Part shown: positions 45,456-55,347 of the stretch, one piece after another
Position numbering within the stretch: position 1 is the first letter of the stretch
Layout of the letters: the number at the start of each line of letters is the position of its first letter
Origin: an uncultured Eubacteriales bacterium
GTDB taxonomy: Bacteria > Acidobacteriota > Aminicenantia > Aminicenantales > Saccharicenantaceae
Reading direction: 5' to 3'
Assembly (NCBI GenBank): GCA_964458655.1
Contig: CAYWJT010000003.1
Coordinates: 6,015 to 70,014 of the forward strand
Length of the DNA: 64,000 nt
Made by a program: the position numbers and the translations under genes
Notes under the pieces: model-generated
Told to the model about the DNA's origin: nothing
Database searches by the model: none
Seen by the model: only the letters and a program-made list of their open reading frames with translations

Positions 45456-46886
45456 ATGACACGCGCGCACAAGATCACCGCTGAGCTTAAGAAGAAGCTG
45501 GAAGGCCTGGTCGGCGAGACGAACGTGGCCTCCGACCCGGAAAAGGTCATCGACTACGGCCACGACGAGTTTTCCCTCAAGGAAATCGCCAGGACGCCCG
45601 AGCTCGTCGTCAAGCCCGCCTCGAGCGAGGAAATCGCGGCCGTGCTTAAGCTCGCCTCGGCCCACGGCATACCGGTCACGCCGCGCGGCGGCGGCACGGG
45701 CCTGTGCGGCGGCTGCGTTCCTGCTCCAGGCGGCATCGTCCTTTCGCTCGAGCGCATGAACCGCGTCGTTGAGATAGACACCGAGAGCCAGACGGCCACG
45801 GCCGAGGCCGGCGTCCGGCTGTCGGATTTCAGCCAGGCCGTGGAGCACGCCGGGCTGAGCTTCCCGCCCCATCCCGGGGACGAAAGCGCCATGATCGGCG
45901 GCCTCGTGGCCACCAACGCTGGCGGCAGCCGGGCGGTCAAGTACGGGACCATCCGCAACTACGTCCGCGGGCTCGAGGTCGTCCTGCCTTCTGGCGAGGT
46001 CGTCCAGCTCGGAGGCAAATACGTCAAGAGCAGCACCGGCTACAACCTGATGCACCTGATGATCGGCTCGGAAGGGACGCTGGGCGTCGTCACCAAGGCC
46101 GTCCTCCAGCTTCACGCCAAGCCGGCCTTCACGCGGACCTTCGTCGTGCCCTACGCCGGGCTGATGGCCGCCCTGTCGACGATGTCGGCCGTCCTGAAGA
46201 AGGGCATCGTGCCCCTGGCCATCGAGTTCCTCGAGATCGAGCCCATCATCATCACCGAGGAACACCTGAACCTGCACTGGCCGAGCCGGCTGGGCAAGAC
46301 GCACCTGATGATCATAATCGAGGCCTTCTCCGAGGAGGACCTCGACCGCATGTCGCAGGAAATAGGCGACATTTGCATCGAGAACGGGGCCATCAACGTC
46401 TTCATAGCCGACAGCGCCTCCAAGCAGGAGGAGGTGCTGTCCATCCGCTCCAAGATCTACGACGCCATCAAGCCGGGCACGATCGAGATCCTGGACATCT
46501 CGCTGCCCCGCTCCGAGGTCGGGGCCCACGTGCGCCGGGTGAGGGAGGTGGCCGAGAAGTTCGCGATCTGGCTGCCGACCTTCGGCCACGCCGCGGACGG
46601 CAACGTCCACACGCACATCATGAAGGCCCGCTATGAAGAGGGGAGAATGGTGCCGGTGCCCGAGGAAGAGTGGCGGCCGAAGGTCGAGCCCGTCCGGGAG
46701 GCTCTCTTTCAGGACTGCCGGGCCCGCGGCGGCGTCATCTCGGGCGAGCACGGCATCGGCTTGGTCAAGAAGCCCTACCTGCACCTTTCGCTCGGACCGG
46801 CCCAGCTCGAACTCATGCGCGGCATCAAGAAGGTGTTCGACCCGGCCCACATCATGAACCCGGGCAAGATATTCGACCTCGAGTAG
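45456..46886 (+). CDS. FAD-binding oxidoreductase (GlcD/D-lactate dehydrogenase-like FAD-linked oxidase)
   Basis: FAD_binding_4-like N-terminus (PVTPRGGGTGLCGG), C-terminal FAD-oxidase_C; RBS ACGGAGAAA. Confidence 0.8.
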   Translation: MTRAHKITAELKKKLEGLVGETNVASDPEKVIDYGHDEFSLKEIARTPELVVKPASSEEIAAVLKLASAHGIPVTPRGGGTGLCGGCVPAPGGIVLSLERMNRVVEIDTESQTATAEAGVRLSDFSQAVEHAGLSFPPHPGDESAMIGGLVATNAGGSRAVKYGTIRNYVRGLEVVLPSGEVVQLGGKYVKSSTGYNLMHLMIGSEGTLGVVTKAVLQLHAKPAFTRTFVVPYAGLMAALSTMSAVLKKGIVPLAIEFLEIEPIIITEEHLNLHWPSRLGKTHLMIIIEAFSEEDLDRMSQEIGDICIENGAINVFIADSASKQEEVLSIRSKIYDAIKPGTIEILDISLPRSEVGAHVRRVREVAEKFAIWLPTFGHAADGNVHTHIMKARYEEGRMVPVPEEEWRPKVEPVREALFQDCRARGGVISGEHGIGLVKKPYLHLSLGPAQLELMRGIKKVFDPAHIMNPGKIFDLE

Positions 46887-46980
46887 GGGAGACGCGGCCG
46901 GTCGGTCATTTTTGCCCCGTCTTGACGCTATGTGATATACTTACGGCGGGGATTTAGAAAAATGAACAGGGGGTCCGTCC

Positions 46981-47373
46981 ATGGTCGTTGAAAGGGTCAC
47001 GGAGATCTACGTCATCCTCGAGAACAAGCCTTCGGTCCTAGGCGAGCTTTGCTCGACGATGGCCGAGAACAACATCAACATCGAGGCCATCGGCGTCTTC
47101 CACGACTCAGCCAAGCTGACCGTCCAGCCAAAGGACCTCAACAACGCCGTCAAGCTGCTGGGCAAGCTGAACTACATCACCGAGCTTCGGGACGTCCTGC
47201 GCGTCGACCTCGAGAACAAGCCGGGGGCGCTGGCCGAGGTCACGACTAAGCTTGGGGACGAGGGCATCAACATCGAATACTGCTACGGCACGCTGTCGCG
47301 CAAGGGCAGCACCGTTTCGGTCATCATCGACGTGAGCGACCTCGACCGGGCGCTTAGCATCCTGGGCGCCTGA
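46981..47373 (+). CDS. Tandem ACT-domain protein
   Basis: Two ~60-aa beta-alpha-beta-beta-alpha-beta units (VILENKPSVLGELCS..., DLENKPGALAEVTT...); RBS AGGGGG. Confidence 0.7.
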   Translation: MVVERVTEIYVILENKPSVLGELCSTMAENNINIEAIGVFHDSAKLTVQPKDLNNAVKLLGKLNYITELRDVLRVDLENKPGALAEVTTKLGDEGINIEYCYGTLSRKGSTVSVIIDVSDLDRALSILGA

Positions 47374-47491
47374 GCCTTTCCGTCAGCCCGCCGGCCTTTC
47401 ACCTGTATCTTGCTGCCCACGCAACGTGGCTTTCCCGGCCGCGTATGATGTAAGAATCCTGTTTATTTTGCCCCCTTTTTCGATTATTAAT

Positions 47492-50218
47492 ATGGGCATG
47501 GATACAAGAACAGACATCGGCGCGCAACCCAAACCGGCCGGGCCCGAGCTTCCCCGGGTGCTCGGCCTCTTCAGCATCGTCTCGATCGTGGTCGGCACGA
47601 TGATCGGTTCCGGCATCTTCATCAACCCGGCCAAAGTGGCCGGCGATGTCGGCCGCCCCGAGCTCATGATGGCCGTCTGGGTCATCGGCGGTCTGTTGAG
47701 CTTTTTCGGGGCGCTCTCCCTGGCCGAACTGGGGGCCGCCTTCCCCCAGGCAGGAGGGATCTACATCTACCTCAGGGAAGCCTACGGCTCCATGATCGCC
47801 TTCCTTTTCGGCTGGACGCTCTTCCTGGTCGTAGAGGCCGGGACACTGGCCACACTCGCGGTCGGCTTTTCCACCAAGTACCTGCCCTATTTCGTCCGGC
47901 TTTCCGGCCTCCAGGGCAAGGTCGTGGCCGCGGCCTTGCTCCTGGTCCTGGCGATGGTGAACTACACGGGCGTGAAAAAGGGCGCATTGGTCATGAATTT
48001 CCTGACCAGCCTCAAGTTCATAGCCCTGATCGGAGTCTGCGCGGTCGTCTTCATTTTCGCTAAAGGCAGTACGGGCAATTTTATTTCATCCCCGTCAACG
48101 TCCGGTCCAGGGGGCAGTCTGCTCGGCAGTTTCGGGGTCGCCCTGGTCGCCGCCCTGTGGGCCTACAAAGGCTGGGAGACCAGCACCTACAGCGCCGGCG
48201 AGACGGCCAACCCTCAGAAGACGCTCCCCCTGGGCCTGTTCATCGGCAGCGCCGCCGTCATCTTCCTATATATCCTGGCCAACTTAGCCTATCTGTACGT
48301 TTTTCCCGCCGCCCGGATGGCACAGTCTGACCGCATCGCCGCCGACGTCATGCAGGCCGCGGTCGGGCCGGCGGGCGCCTCGATCATCGCCCTGATCATA
48401 CTGACCTCCATCTTGGGGACGTGCAATGGCCATCTGCTCACGTCGCCGCGGGCCTTCTACGCCATGGCCAAGGACGGCCTGTTCTTCAAGTCGGTGGCCA
48501 GGATCCATCCGAGATATCTAACGCCGCATGTGGCCATACTCGTCCTGGCCGTGTGGGGAAGCATACTGAGCACGAGCGGCACCTTCGAGCAACTCTTCAC
48601 CTACGTCATTTTCGGCTACTGGATCTTCATGGGCCTGACTGTTGCCGGAGTCATGGTGTTGCGGAAAAAAAGGCCGGACCTGCCCCGGCCGTATAAAACC
48701 TGGGGGTATCCTGTGACGCCTATCCTTTTCATCCTTTCGGCCGTGTTCCTGACCCTCAATTCCCTCATCCGGACGTTCTGGAACTCGTTCGCCGGACTGG
48801 GGGTCATCGCTCTCGGCATTCCCGTCTATTTCTTCTGGAAAGCCCGTTCGAGGAAGGCCGCGGTGCTCTTCCTGGCGGCCTTCGTCATCATGGCCGCCTC
48901 GGCCCAAGCCTTCGAACCGGGGTTGCTTTTCGATAAAACGGAGTATGCCGGCCGCCGTGCCCGGCTGATGGAGAAGATCCCCGACGGCGTCGCCGTCGTC
49001 ATGGGCGCCCAACCGGTCTTGAATTATTATCCCTTCGTCCAGAACAACGACTTCCTCTATCTCTGCGGGGTCCGCGTGCCCAACGCCGTGCTGGTCGTGG
49101 ACGGCGTGCGCCGGGAATCGACCCTGTTCTTCACCATCAGCGACAGGGCCGCCCGGGACGAAGGCATCCCGCTCGCCCTGGTCAAGAACACGCGCGAGGT
49201 CGCGGGCGTCGAGCGCGTCATGCCCTACGAGGCCTTCAACAATGCGCTGTCCATGTACATCGCGCAGGGCCGCGTCATTTACACGCCCTTCCAGCCGGAG
49301 GAGCTGGCCCGGGAGGCCAGCCTCGAGAAGCTGCGGACCTGGAGGAACAACATCACCCTGAACGTATGGGACGGCCGGCCGACCAGGGAGGAGCAGTTCG
49401 TGAACAGGCTGCGCCAGACCTTCCCGTCGGCCCAGGTCAGGGACTGCTCCGGCCTCATCTGGGAGATGCGGACCTTGAAGTCGCCGGCCGAGGTCGAGGT
49501 CCTGCGCCGCGCGGGCCGGATCGGCGTCAAGGCCCACGTCGAGATGATGAAGGCCGCCCGGCCCGGCATGTACGAATACGAGCTGGCCGCCCTGTTCGAG
49601 TACATCTGCAAGAAGGAGGGCGCCGAGGAGCTGGCTTACGGCGTCATCATCTCCTCCGGCGAGAACCATCCCAACGTCCATTACTACCTGCATGACCGCA
49701 AGCTCGCCGACGGCGATTTCCTGGTCGTCGACGCCGGCCCGGAGCTCAACGGCTACGATATAGACATTACGGTGTCCTACCCGGCCAACGGCCGGTTCAC
49801 GGCCCGCCAGCGCGAGGTATATGAGGCCTGCAACGCCGTGCACGAAGCCTGCCTGCAGGTCTACCGGCCGGGCCTGACCGCCGACCAGGTGAGGGCCGAA
49901 GTCGACGCTATCCTCAAGCGCCGTGGCTTCGACCTCGAAAAGGACTATTTCAAGCGGATGCGAGGCTCGTTCGGTCACTACGTCGGACTGGCCACTCACG
50001 ACGTCGGCGGCGGGCCGTCCGTGCTCCGGCCGGGCATGGTCTTCGCGAACGAGCCGATGGTCATCTACGCCGACGAGAACCTGGGGGTGAGGGTCGAGGA
50101 CACGGTCCTCATCACCGAGACAGGCTGCGAGAACCTGACCCGCGGCCTTCCCAGGACCGCGGCCGAGATCGAGGCCCTGATGAAGGGCAAGGCCGCAGCC
50201 GACAAAGGCAGGCGTTGA
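47492..50218 (+). CDS. Fusion protein: APC-family amino-acid permease (N-terminal ~460 aa) + extracytoplasmic M24 Xaa-Pro aminopeptidase/prolidase domain (C-terminal ~440 aa) linked by a signal-peptide-like segment
   Basis: Continuous 930-codon ORF; 12 TM region with GSGIF motif; then RSRKAAVLFLAAFVIMAASAQA-FEP (n/h/c regions + AxA); creatinase_N-like domain and M24 metal ligands (HYVGLATHDVGG, VEDTVLITETG); start ATG 47492 uncertain (AT-rich upstream, no clear RBS). Confidence 0.7.
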   Translation: MGMDTRTDIGAQPKPAGPELPRVLGLFSIVSIVVGTMIGSGIFINPAKVAGDVGRPELMMAVWVIGGLLSFFGALSLAELGAAFPQAGGIYIYLREAYGSMIAFLFGWTLFLVVEAGTLATLAVGFSTKYLPYFVRLSGLQGKVVAAALLLVLAMVNYTGVKKGALVMNFLTSLKFIALIGVCAVVFIFAKGSTGNFISSPSTSGPGGSLLGSFGVALVAALWAYKGWETSTYSAGETANPQKTLPLGLFIGSAAVIFLYILANLAYLYVFPAARMAQSDRIAADVMQAAVGPAGASIIALIILTSILGTCNGHLLTSPRAFYAMAKDGLFFKSVARIHPRYLTPHVAILVLAVWGSILSTSGTFEQLFTYVIFGYWIFMGLTVAGVMVLRKKRPDLPRPYKTWGYPVTPILFILSAVFLTLNSLIRTFWNSFAGLGVIALGIPVYFFWKARSRKAAVLFLAAFVIMAASAQAFEPGLLFDKTEYAGRRARLMEKIPDGVAVVMGAQPVLNYYPFVQNNDFLYLCGVRVPNAVLVVDGVRRESTLFFTISDRAARDEGIPLALVKNTREVAGVERVMPYEAFNNALSMYIAQGRVIYTPFQPEELAREASLEKLRTWRNNITLNVWDGRPTREEQFVNRLRQTFPSAQVRDCSGLIWEMRTLKSPAEVEVLRRAGRIGVKAHVEMMKAARPGMYEYELAALFEYICKKEGAEELAYGVIISSGENHPNVHYYLHDRKLADGDFLVVDAGPELNGYDIDITVSYPANGRFTARQREVYEACNAVHEACLQVYRPGLTADQVRAEVDAILKRRGFDLEKDYFKRMRGSFGHYVGLATHDVGGGPSVLRPGMVFANEPMVIYADENLGVRVEDTVLITETGCENLTRGLPRTAAEIEALMKGKAAADKGRR

Positions 50219-50494
50219 CCGGGCGCTCGCCCCGCGGCGAGGCCTTGACCGGACGAACCCGGCCTTTTCCAATTCAGGGCTGGTCAGGCTGGAGGTCGGG
50301 GCCATCGGCTCTGTCATCCGGTTCTCACGCAGCAGGCCGGTTCGGTATACGTTTCAGAGCACCTGACCCAAGCCGGCGGCCGGTGAGGAGCCGACTGCCG
50401 TTGTTTGTTGCCTGAAAAACAAGTCCTGTGGTATATGAGCCGGGAAGGACGGGCCGGGACGGACAGTTCCGGGCCGTCAGGGAGGTGAACGGAC

Positions 50495-51970
50495 ATGAAC
50501 AACCTCAAGCGCCGTGATTTCCTGAAGATCTCAGCCGCCGGAGGCGCCGCCTGCGCGGTGCCGGGAGGCCTATTGAAGCCGGGTACGGCCGCCAGGCCAC
50601 AGCTTCCGGTCGAAGCTTCGGCTCTGGCCCCCGGTCTCATCAGCCCGGGCTGCCGCCGCAGCAAGGTCCGGGTGGCCAAGCTCTACCTGGGCCTTCCGAA
50701 CCCGCACTGGCCGAAACCTTCACTGGACTTGAAGCAGGAGGTCAAGTCCTACGAAGCCCGCTTCGCCGCGATGAAGGACGAGTTCGCGGACATCGATTTC
50801 GTGACGAGCGCGCTGGTCGGCGCGCCCGAGGAGGTGCTGAAGCTCGCCGACAAGCTCAAGGACGTCGACGGCATCCTGGCCATCCACCTGACGATCTGGA
50901 TCGGTCCCGTCCTTGACGCCGTCCTTGAACTCAAGAAGCCCACGGTCATCTTCGCGGCGCCCTATTCCGGCCACGAGTGGGTGACCTACGGCGGCCTGCT
51001 CAAGCAGGAGAAAGGCCGGCTGGCCGATTGCCTGCTGACGAGCGACTACCGCGAACTGGCCCGGGCCGTCAGGCCCTTCCGGGCCATCCACCACCTGCGC
51101 GAAGCCCGCGTGCTCAACCTCACCACCTCGCCTTTCGAGGAGTACGCGGCCCAGGTGAAGGACAGGTTCGGGACGGAGATAAAAAGGGTCACTCTGGAGC
51201 GCGTCCAGAAGCTTTACGCGTCCGTCGCCGAGGCGCACGCCCGCCGCGAAGCCGAACTCTGGTCAAACGGCGCGGAAAAAGTGGTCGAGCCTTCCAGGGC
51301 GGAAATCCAAGCCTCGGCCCGGCTGGCCCTGGCCTTCGAGAGGCTGCTCGACGAGGAGGAGGCCACCGTCCTGACCGTGGACTGCTACGGTTCCATGTGG
51401 GACGGGACCATCAAGCTGCCGGCCTTTCCCTGCCTGGGTTTCTCGAGCCTGAACAACCGCGGCTTCGGCGGCATTTGCGAGTCGGACCTCAGGTCGGCCA
51501 TGACCCACATCATCATGCAGGGCCTTTCGGGCAGGCCCGGCTTTATTAGCGACCCGACCGTGGACGAGGGCGCGAACTCCATCATCCTGGCCCACTGCAT
51601 GGGCACGGTCAACATGGACGGGCCGGGAAAGCCCGGGCATCCCTACAAGCTCCGCACGGTCATGGAGCGGGAGCAGGGCGTCGTGCCTCAGGTCCAGATG
51701 AGGCTGGGCCAGAAAGTGACCCAGGCCATCCTGGTGGGCATGGACAAGATGCCTTACTTCACGGGCGAGATCGTCGCGACGCCTGTCAGGCTGGAGGACG
51801 ACCGCGGCTGCCGCACCAAGATCGCGGTCAGGGTGGACGGCGACCTCGGCCGACTCTGGCGGAACTGGGGCCACGGGCTGCATCGAGTGACCTGCTACGG
51901 CGACCTCCGGCCGGAACTCAGGATGTTCGCCAAGTTCAAGGGCATCGAGCTCCGGGACGAGGCCGCCTGA
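50495..51970 (+). CDS. Tat-signal protein of unknown function (491 aa)
   Basis: MNNLKRRDFLKISAAGGAACAVPG Tat motif; strong RBS GGGAGGTG; no family recognised with confidence (possibly sugar-isomerase-like fold). Confidence 0.6.
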   Translation: MNNLKRRDFLKISAAGGAACAVPGGLLKPGTAARPQLPVEASALAPGLISPGCRRSKVRVAKLYLGLPNPHWPKPSLDLKQEVKSYEARFAAMKDEFADIDFVTSALVGAPEEVLKLADKLKDVDGILAIHLTIWIGPVLDAVLELKKPTVIFAAPYSGHEWVTYGGLLKQEKGRLADCLLTSDYRELARAVRPFRAIHHLREARVLNLTTSPFEEYAAQVKDRFGTEIKRVTLERVQKLYASVAEAHARREAELWSNGAEKVVEPSRAEIQASARLALAFERLLDEEEATVLTVDCYGSMWDGTIKLPAFPCLGFSSLNNRGFGGICESDLRSAMTHIIMQGLSGRPGFISDPTVDEGANSIILAHCMGTVNMDGPGKPGHPYKLRTVMEREQGVVPQVQMRLGQKVTQAILVGMDKMPYFTGEIVATPVRLEDDRGCRTKIAVRVDGDLGRLWRNWGHGLHRVTCYGDLRPELRMFAKFKGIELRDEAA

Positions 51971-52116
51971 GGGAGTTCTCGCGTTCCTCTGCCTTTCCGG
52001 CTGCGCGGGGATGGTCCACGCCTGTCTCAGCAGCGGCTATCACGAAAGGACATGGTTCGGTAAACCCGGTTCATAGGGCCGCACCATGGGGTTTTCTTCA
52101 TGGCGACGCGGGGCTC

Positions 52117-52144
52117 TTGACAGGCCGCGAGGGAGGTCTAAACT
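52117..52144 (+). promoter_or_regulatory. Candidate sigma70 promoter TTGACA-N16-TAAACT
   Basis: ctcTTGACAggccgcgagggaggtcTAAACTatatgatag. Confidence 0.35.
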
Positions 52145-52169
52145 ATATGATAGAGGGCTATGAACTGAG

Positions 52170-52970
52170 ATGAGGGGCTTTCTTAGGCTGGGCCCTACGG
52201 CCTTGATGCTTTTGGCGCTTTGCGGCTGCAAGGTCGCCGAGCTCGCGCCCATCGAGGGCAAGATCTTTTTCGAGGTGACGGAAGGGCACGTCCAGGGAGA
52301 GTCGGCCGGCAAGCCGCTGATCGGTTTCTGCATGGAAACAGAGAAGATATACCCCTGCTGTAATTACTCCATAAGGGCGGCTCTCGAGCAGCTCGGAGAA
52401 AATATAACCATCAGGTTGTCGGGCATCGATGTTCCCGGCGTCTGTCTTACGGCTTTGGGGCCGGCGTCAGCCGTCAAGGCCCTCGAGCTGGCCGAGGGCA
52501 GTTACGAGCTCGTCTTCAAGAAAGCCATGTTCGTCAACAGGTACCGGCTCACCGTGCGTCCCGACGCCATCGAGGTCGGCGCGCTGGCCGGGACGGCGCC
52601 GTTCACCGAGCCCAAGACGACGCTTTTCTGGCGCTTCCCGCCGAACTCGTTCGCGTATCTCTGCGGCACGACGAGCGAGACGGCCTGGATATGCAACGAC
52701 TTCCTCTCGCTCCTTACGCGCGAAATAGAGCTCGAGGAGGTCACTTTCCCCGCCTACGGCAAAGTCTGTTATCCGGCCTCGAGCCAAGGCCATCAGTACG
52801 ACATGCCGGCGAAGTATTTCGTCTACAAGGACGAGGCCGACTTCGAGCGGGCCGGTGAGTTGCTCCGGGCCTACGCCCAGAGCTTGCTGCGGGGAGTCCA
52901 GGGCGTCGGCCTGTCGCTTGTCAACTGGAAGAACAAACGCTATGATTCCTGGCTGATGCTTTCCCCCTGA
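52170..52970 (+). CDS. Hypothetical lipoprotein/secreted protein
   Basis: Signal MRGFLRLGPTALMLLALCGC; Cys-rich (CCNY...), 266 aa. Confidence 0.5.
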   Translation: MRGFLRLGPTALMLLALCGCKVAELAPIEGKIFFEVTEGHVQGESAGKPLIGFCMETEKIYPCCNYSIRAALEQLGENITIRLSGIDVPGVCLTALGPASAVKALELAEGSYELVFKKAMFVNRYRLTVRPDAIEVGALAGTAPFTEPKTTLFWRFPPNSFAYLCGTTSETAWICNDFLSLLTREIELEEVTFPAYGKVCYPASSQGHQYDMPAKYFVYKDEADFERAGELLRAYAQSLLRGVQGVGLSLVNWKNKRYDSWLMLSP

Positions 52971-53030
52971 GCTTCGCATCCCTGAAGCGGCTTGGAGAAA
53001 GCGCGTTCCGAACGGACCGCCGTCCGCATT

Positions 53031-54296
53031 TCAGACATCCCCAAAGGGGCGCTCGATGGACTCCGCCTCGAGGCCGCCGAGGAACCTGGCGCCGTCCTCG
53101 GTGATGACCATGCAGTCCTCGATGCGGACGCCGAACTCGCCGTAGATGTATATGCCGGGCTCGTTGCTGAAGGTCATGCCCGGCCGCAGCTCGAGCTTGT
53201 TGCCCCTCACGAGATAGGGATATTCGTGTCCTTCCATGCCTATGCCGTGGCCCAACCGGTGGCTGAAATACTTGTAGTCCGGCCCGAAGCCGGCCTCCTC
53301 GATGACCCTGCGCGCGGCGCGGTCGACGGATTCGCAAGTGGCGCCCGGCCGGGCGGCCTTGAGGGCGGCGAGCTGCGCCTTCCTCACGACGTCCCAGACT
53401 CGGCGTTGCTTTTCGCGCGGTTTCCCGAACACGACCGTGCGTGTCACGTCGGAACGGTAGCCCTCGACGCCGCAGCCGCCGTCTACGAGGACGATGTCGC
53501 CTTCCGAAAGCGTGCGCGGCGCCTGCGAGCCGTGCGGGAAGGCCGAGTTCGGTCCGAACTGCGGCCCGCCGCTGCCCATGACGCCCAGCTTCTGGTGGGC
53601 GGCCGAGATGGCCGCGGCGAGATCGCGCGGGGTCATGCCCGCCCGCATCTCCTTGAAGCCCTCGCGGTAGGCGAGCTTGGTGATGCGGTTGGCCAGGTCC
53701 ATGAAGGCGATCTCCTTGGCCGTTTTTATGCCGCGGCAGCCTTCGGTGACCGGCGCGCCGTCCACGACCTGGGCCGAAGCGAGCGTCCGGCGCAGCCCGT
53801 GCACTTCGAAGGCGCGCAGGTCGGGAGCGGTGGCCAGCCTGCCAGTGGCGGCGCCGATATCCTTGAGGATGGAGCCGATCAGGGCGTAGGGGTCCTCGTG
53901 CTCTTCCCAGGTCCGGATCTCCTGGCCTGAAGGGACGAGCTCCTCGGCCCGCTTGACCTCGAAGGCCGGGCAGACCCAGACCGGTTCCTTCTTGCGGCTC
54001 AGCACGACGCCGAAGACGCGCTCGCTGAGCCACCAGTTGACCTTGAAGAAGTACTGGAGGTTCGTGCCGCCGCCTATGAAAATGGCGTCGAGCTTGTTCT
54101 CGGCGAGCAGTCGGACGGCCTTGTCGCGCCGGGCGGCATAGTCCTCTGGCGTCAGCGGTTCGACTCCCGCCAGCATGTTCTTCAGCTCCTGGGCTTCGGC
54201 CGGACGCAGCGAGACGGCCGACAAGCTGTGGGCTAGGCCCAGGGCGGCGAGAGAGATACTTCCCTTCTTGATGAAATCGCGGCGGTTGAGCGGCAT
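53031..54296 (-). CDS. M24-family Xaa-Pro aminopeptidase/prolidase with Tat signal (exported)
   Basis: MPLNRRDFIKKGSISLAALGLAHSLSA Tat motif; RBS GGAGGTG; creatinase_N domain; HRLGHGIGMEGHEYP and GVRIEDCMVITE metal-ligand motifs. Confidence 0.8.
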   Translation of the reverse strand: MPLNRRDFIKKGSISLAALGLAHSLSAVSLRPAEAQELKNMLAGVEPLTPEDYAARRDKAVRLLAENKLDAIFIGGGTNLQYFFKVNWWLSERVFGVVLSRKKEPVWVCPAFEVKRAEELVPSGQEIRTWEEHEDPYALIGSILKDIGAATGRLATAPDLRAFEVHGLRRTLASAQVVDGAPVTEGCRGIKTAKEIAFMDLANRITKLAYREGFKEMRAGMTPRDLAAAISAAHQKLGVMGSGGPQFGPNSAFPHGSQAPRTLSEGDIVLVDGGCGVEGYRSDVTRTVVFGKPREKQRRVWDVVRKAQLAALKAARPGATCESVDRAARRVIEEAGFGPDYKYFSHRLGHGIGMEGHEYPYLVRGNKLELRPGMTFSNEPGIYIYGEFGVRIEDCMVITEDGARFLGGLEAESIERPFGDV

Positions 54297-54510
54297 CGTG
54301 TTCACCTCCACGGCTGGGAAAATATCACATTTCACGCTCCAAGAGAAGGGAGACCCAGCTCAAGAACCAGACCGGGATGGCACGGTGATCGGGCGTTGTG
54401 GGCGGAGGGCTCTCCCGCCGCGATTGTGGGCGAGAGGCTTCAGTTGACCGTGCCGTTCAAGGCCCGCGGGATTGGTTTCCCTCGAGACGCCTAAAGCGGT
54501 TCTGCGGAGG

Positions 54511-55347
54511 TTAAAGCCTGATGGACAGCCCGCCTCTGAACAGAAAGCCGTCCCAGACGCCGAAGTCGGCCAGCAGATGGACGCTGTCGGTGATCCTGGC
54601 CTTGAGGCCCAAGCTGAGCTGGAGTATGGGCAGGAACTTTATGGGGAAGTCGTCTTCGCCCTCCGCCAGCCTTTCGTCCCGAAGCTCGCGCAGCGTCTTG
54701 GAATCCGAATCCGAGTGCTGCTCGGTCGAGTTGTCGGGGTTGGTCAGTATGCCAGAGAAGGCGTAGACGTAGCGGGCGTCGAGAAAGGACTTGACAGTCG
54801 AAAAGCCGCCGCCGAAGGTCAGGTAAGGATGGATGCGGGCGGAGGGGAAGATGTCCCAGCGGAAGCTTAGGTGGAAGGACATGGGTTTGATCACGAACTC
54901 GGCGTTGGCCGTGCCGTCGAAAGAGGCCGTTTGGCTGGTCATCGTGTCTTCGAGGACCAGGTTAGCCGAGACATCAGGGAAGGCGACCTTGAAGCTCGAG
55001 CGCTCGACCGCCAGGCCGACGCTAAAGGAACCGTTCCGGCCGCCGGGATAGAAGCGCAGCTCGAAGCCGTAGTTGTCGCCGCTCGAGTCGAAGCGGACGC
55101 TCTGGGTGTAGTTCCTTTCGATGAAGGTCGGGTGGTCTTCCTGGATAGACTCGAGGATCCTGTCCTTGAGGTCGCTCTCCAGCGCGTCGCCGACCTTGTC
55201 CTCGACCAGGCTTCGCAGGAGGTTCAGCGTCCAACTCGAATAGTGGACGTTGAACTCCCAGTGGCCGGTCGCGGCCTGAGCGGGCCCCGCCGCGAACAGG
55301 CAGATTGAAAGCAAAGCCGCGGGCAGGAAATAAAGACTCTTTCTCAT
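54511..55347 (-). CDS. Outer-membrane beta-barrel-like protein (hypothetical)
   Basis: Signal MRKSLYFLPAALLSICLFAAGPAQA; amphipathic beta-strand pattern; strong RBS AAAGGAGG. Confidence 0.5.
   Translation of the reverse strand: MRKSLYFLPAALLSICLFAAGPAQAATGHWEFNVHYSSWTLNLLRSLVEDKVGDALESDLKDRILESIQEDHPTFIERNYTQSVRFDSSGDNYGFELRFYPGGRNGSFSVGLAVERSSFKVAFPDVSANLVLEDTMTSQTASFDGTANAEFVIKPMSFHLSFRWDIFPSARIHPYLTFGGGFSTVKSFLDARYVYAFSGILTNPDNSTEQHSDSDSKTLRELRDERLAEGEDDFPIKFLPILQLSLGLKARITDSVHLLADFGVWDGFLFRGGLSIRL

Noticed and set aside
42324-46850. 637-aa and 557-aa minus-strand ORFs antisense to transketolase and FAD oxidase; 599-aa ORF 48518-50317 antisense to the permease-M24 gene; 460/481-aa plus-strand ORFs 55402-58272 antisense to GH127
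   Set aside because: All are low-complexity antisense frames. The opposite strands carry recognisable domains.
47412-47490. Hairpin CCACG-caa-CGTGG plus an AT-rich tttattttgcccccttttcgattattaat block upstream of the permease-M24 gene, as terminator/promoter
   Set aside because: 5-bp stem with only a 3-T tail. No convincing -35/-10 pair could be fixed. Noted only.
48860-48900. Alternative reading of the permease-M24 ORF as two genes (peptidase initiating at GTG 'VLFLAAF...' after an AGGAAGG RBS-like motif)
   Set aside because: There is no stop codon between the domains. The internal GTG start would remove the positively charged n-region of the signal peptide. The fusion was kept as the primary model, but the possibility is flagged in the findings.
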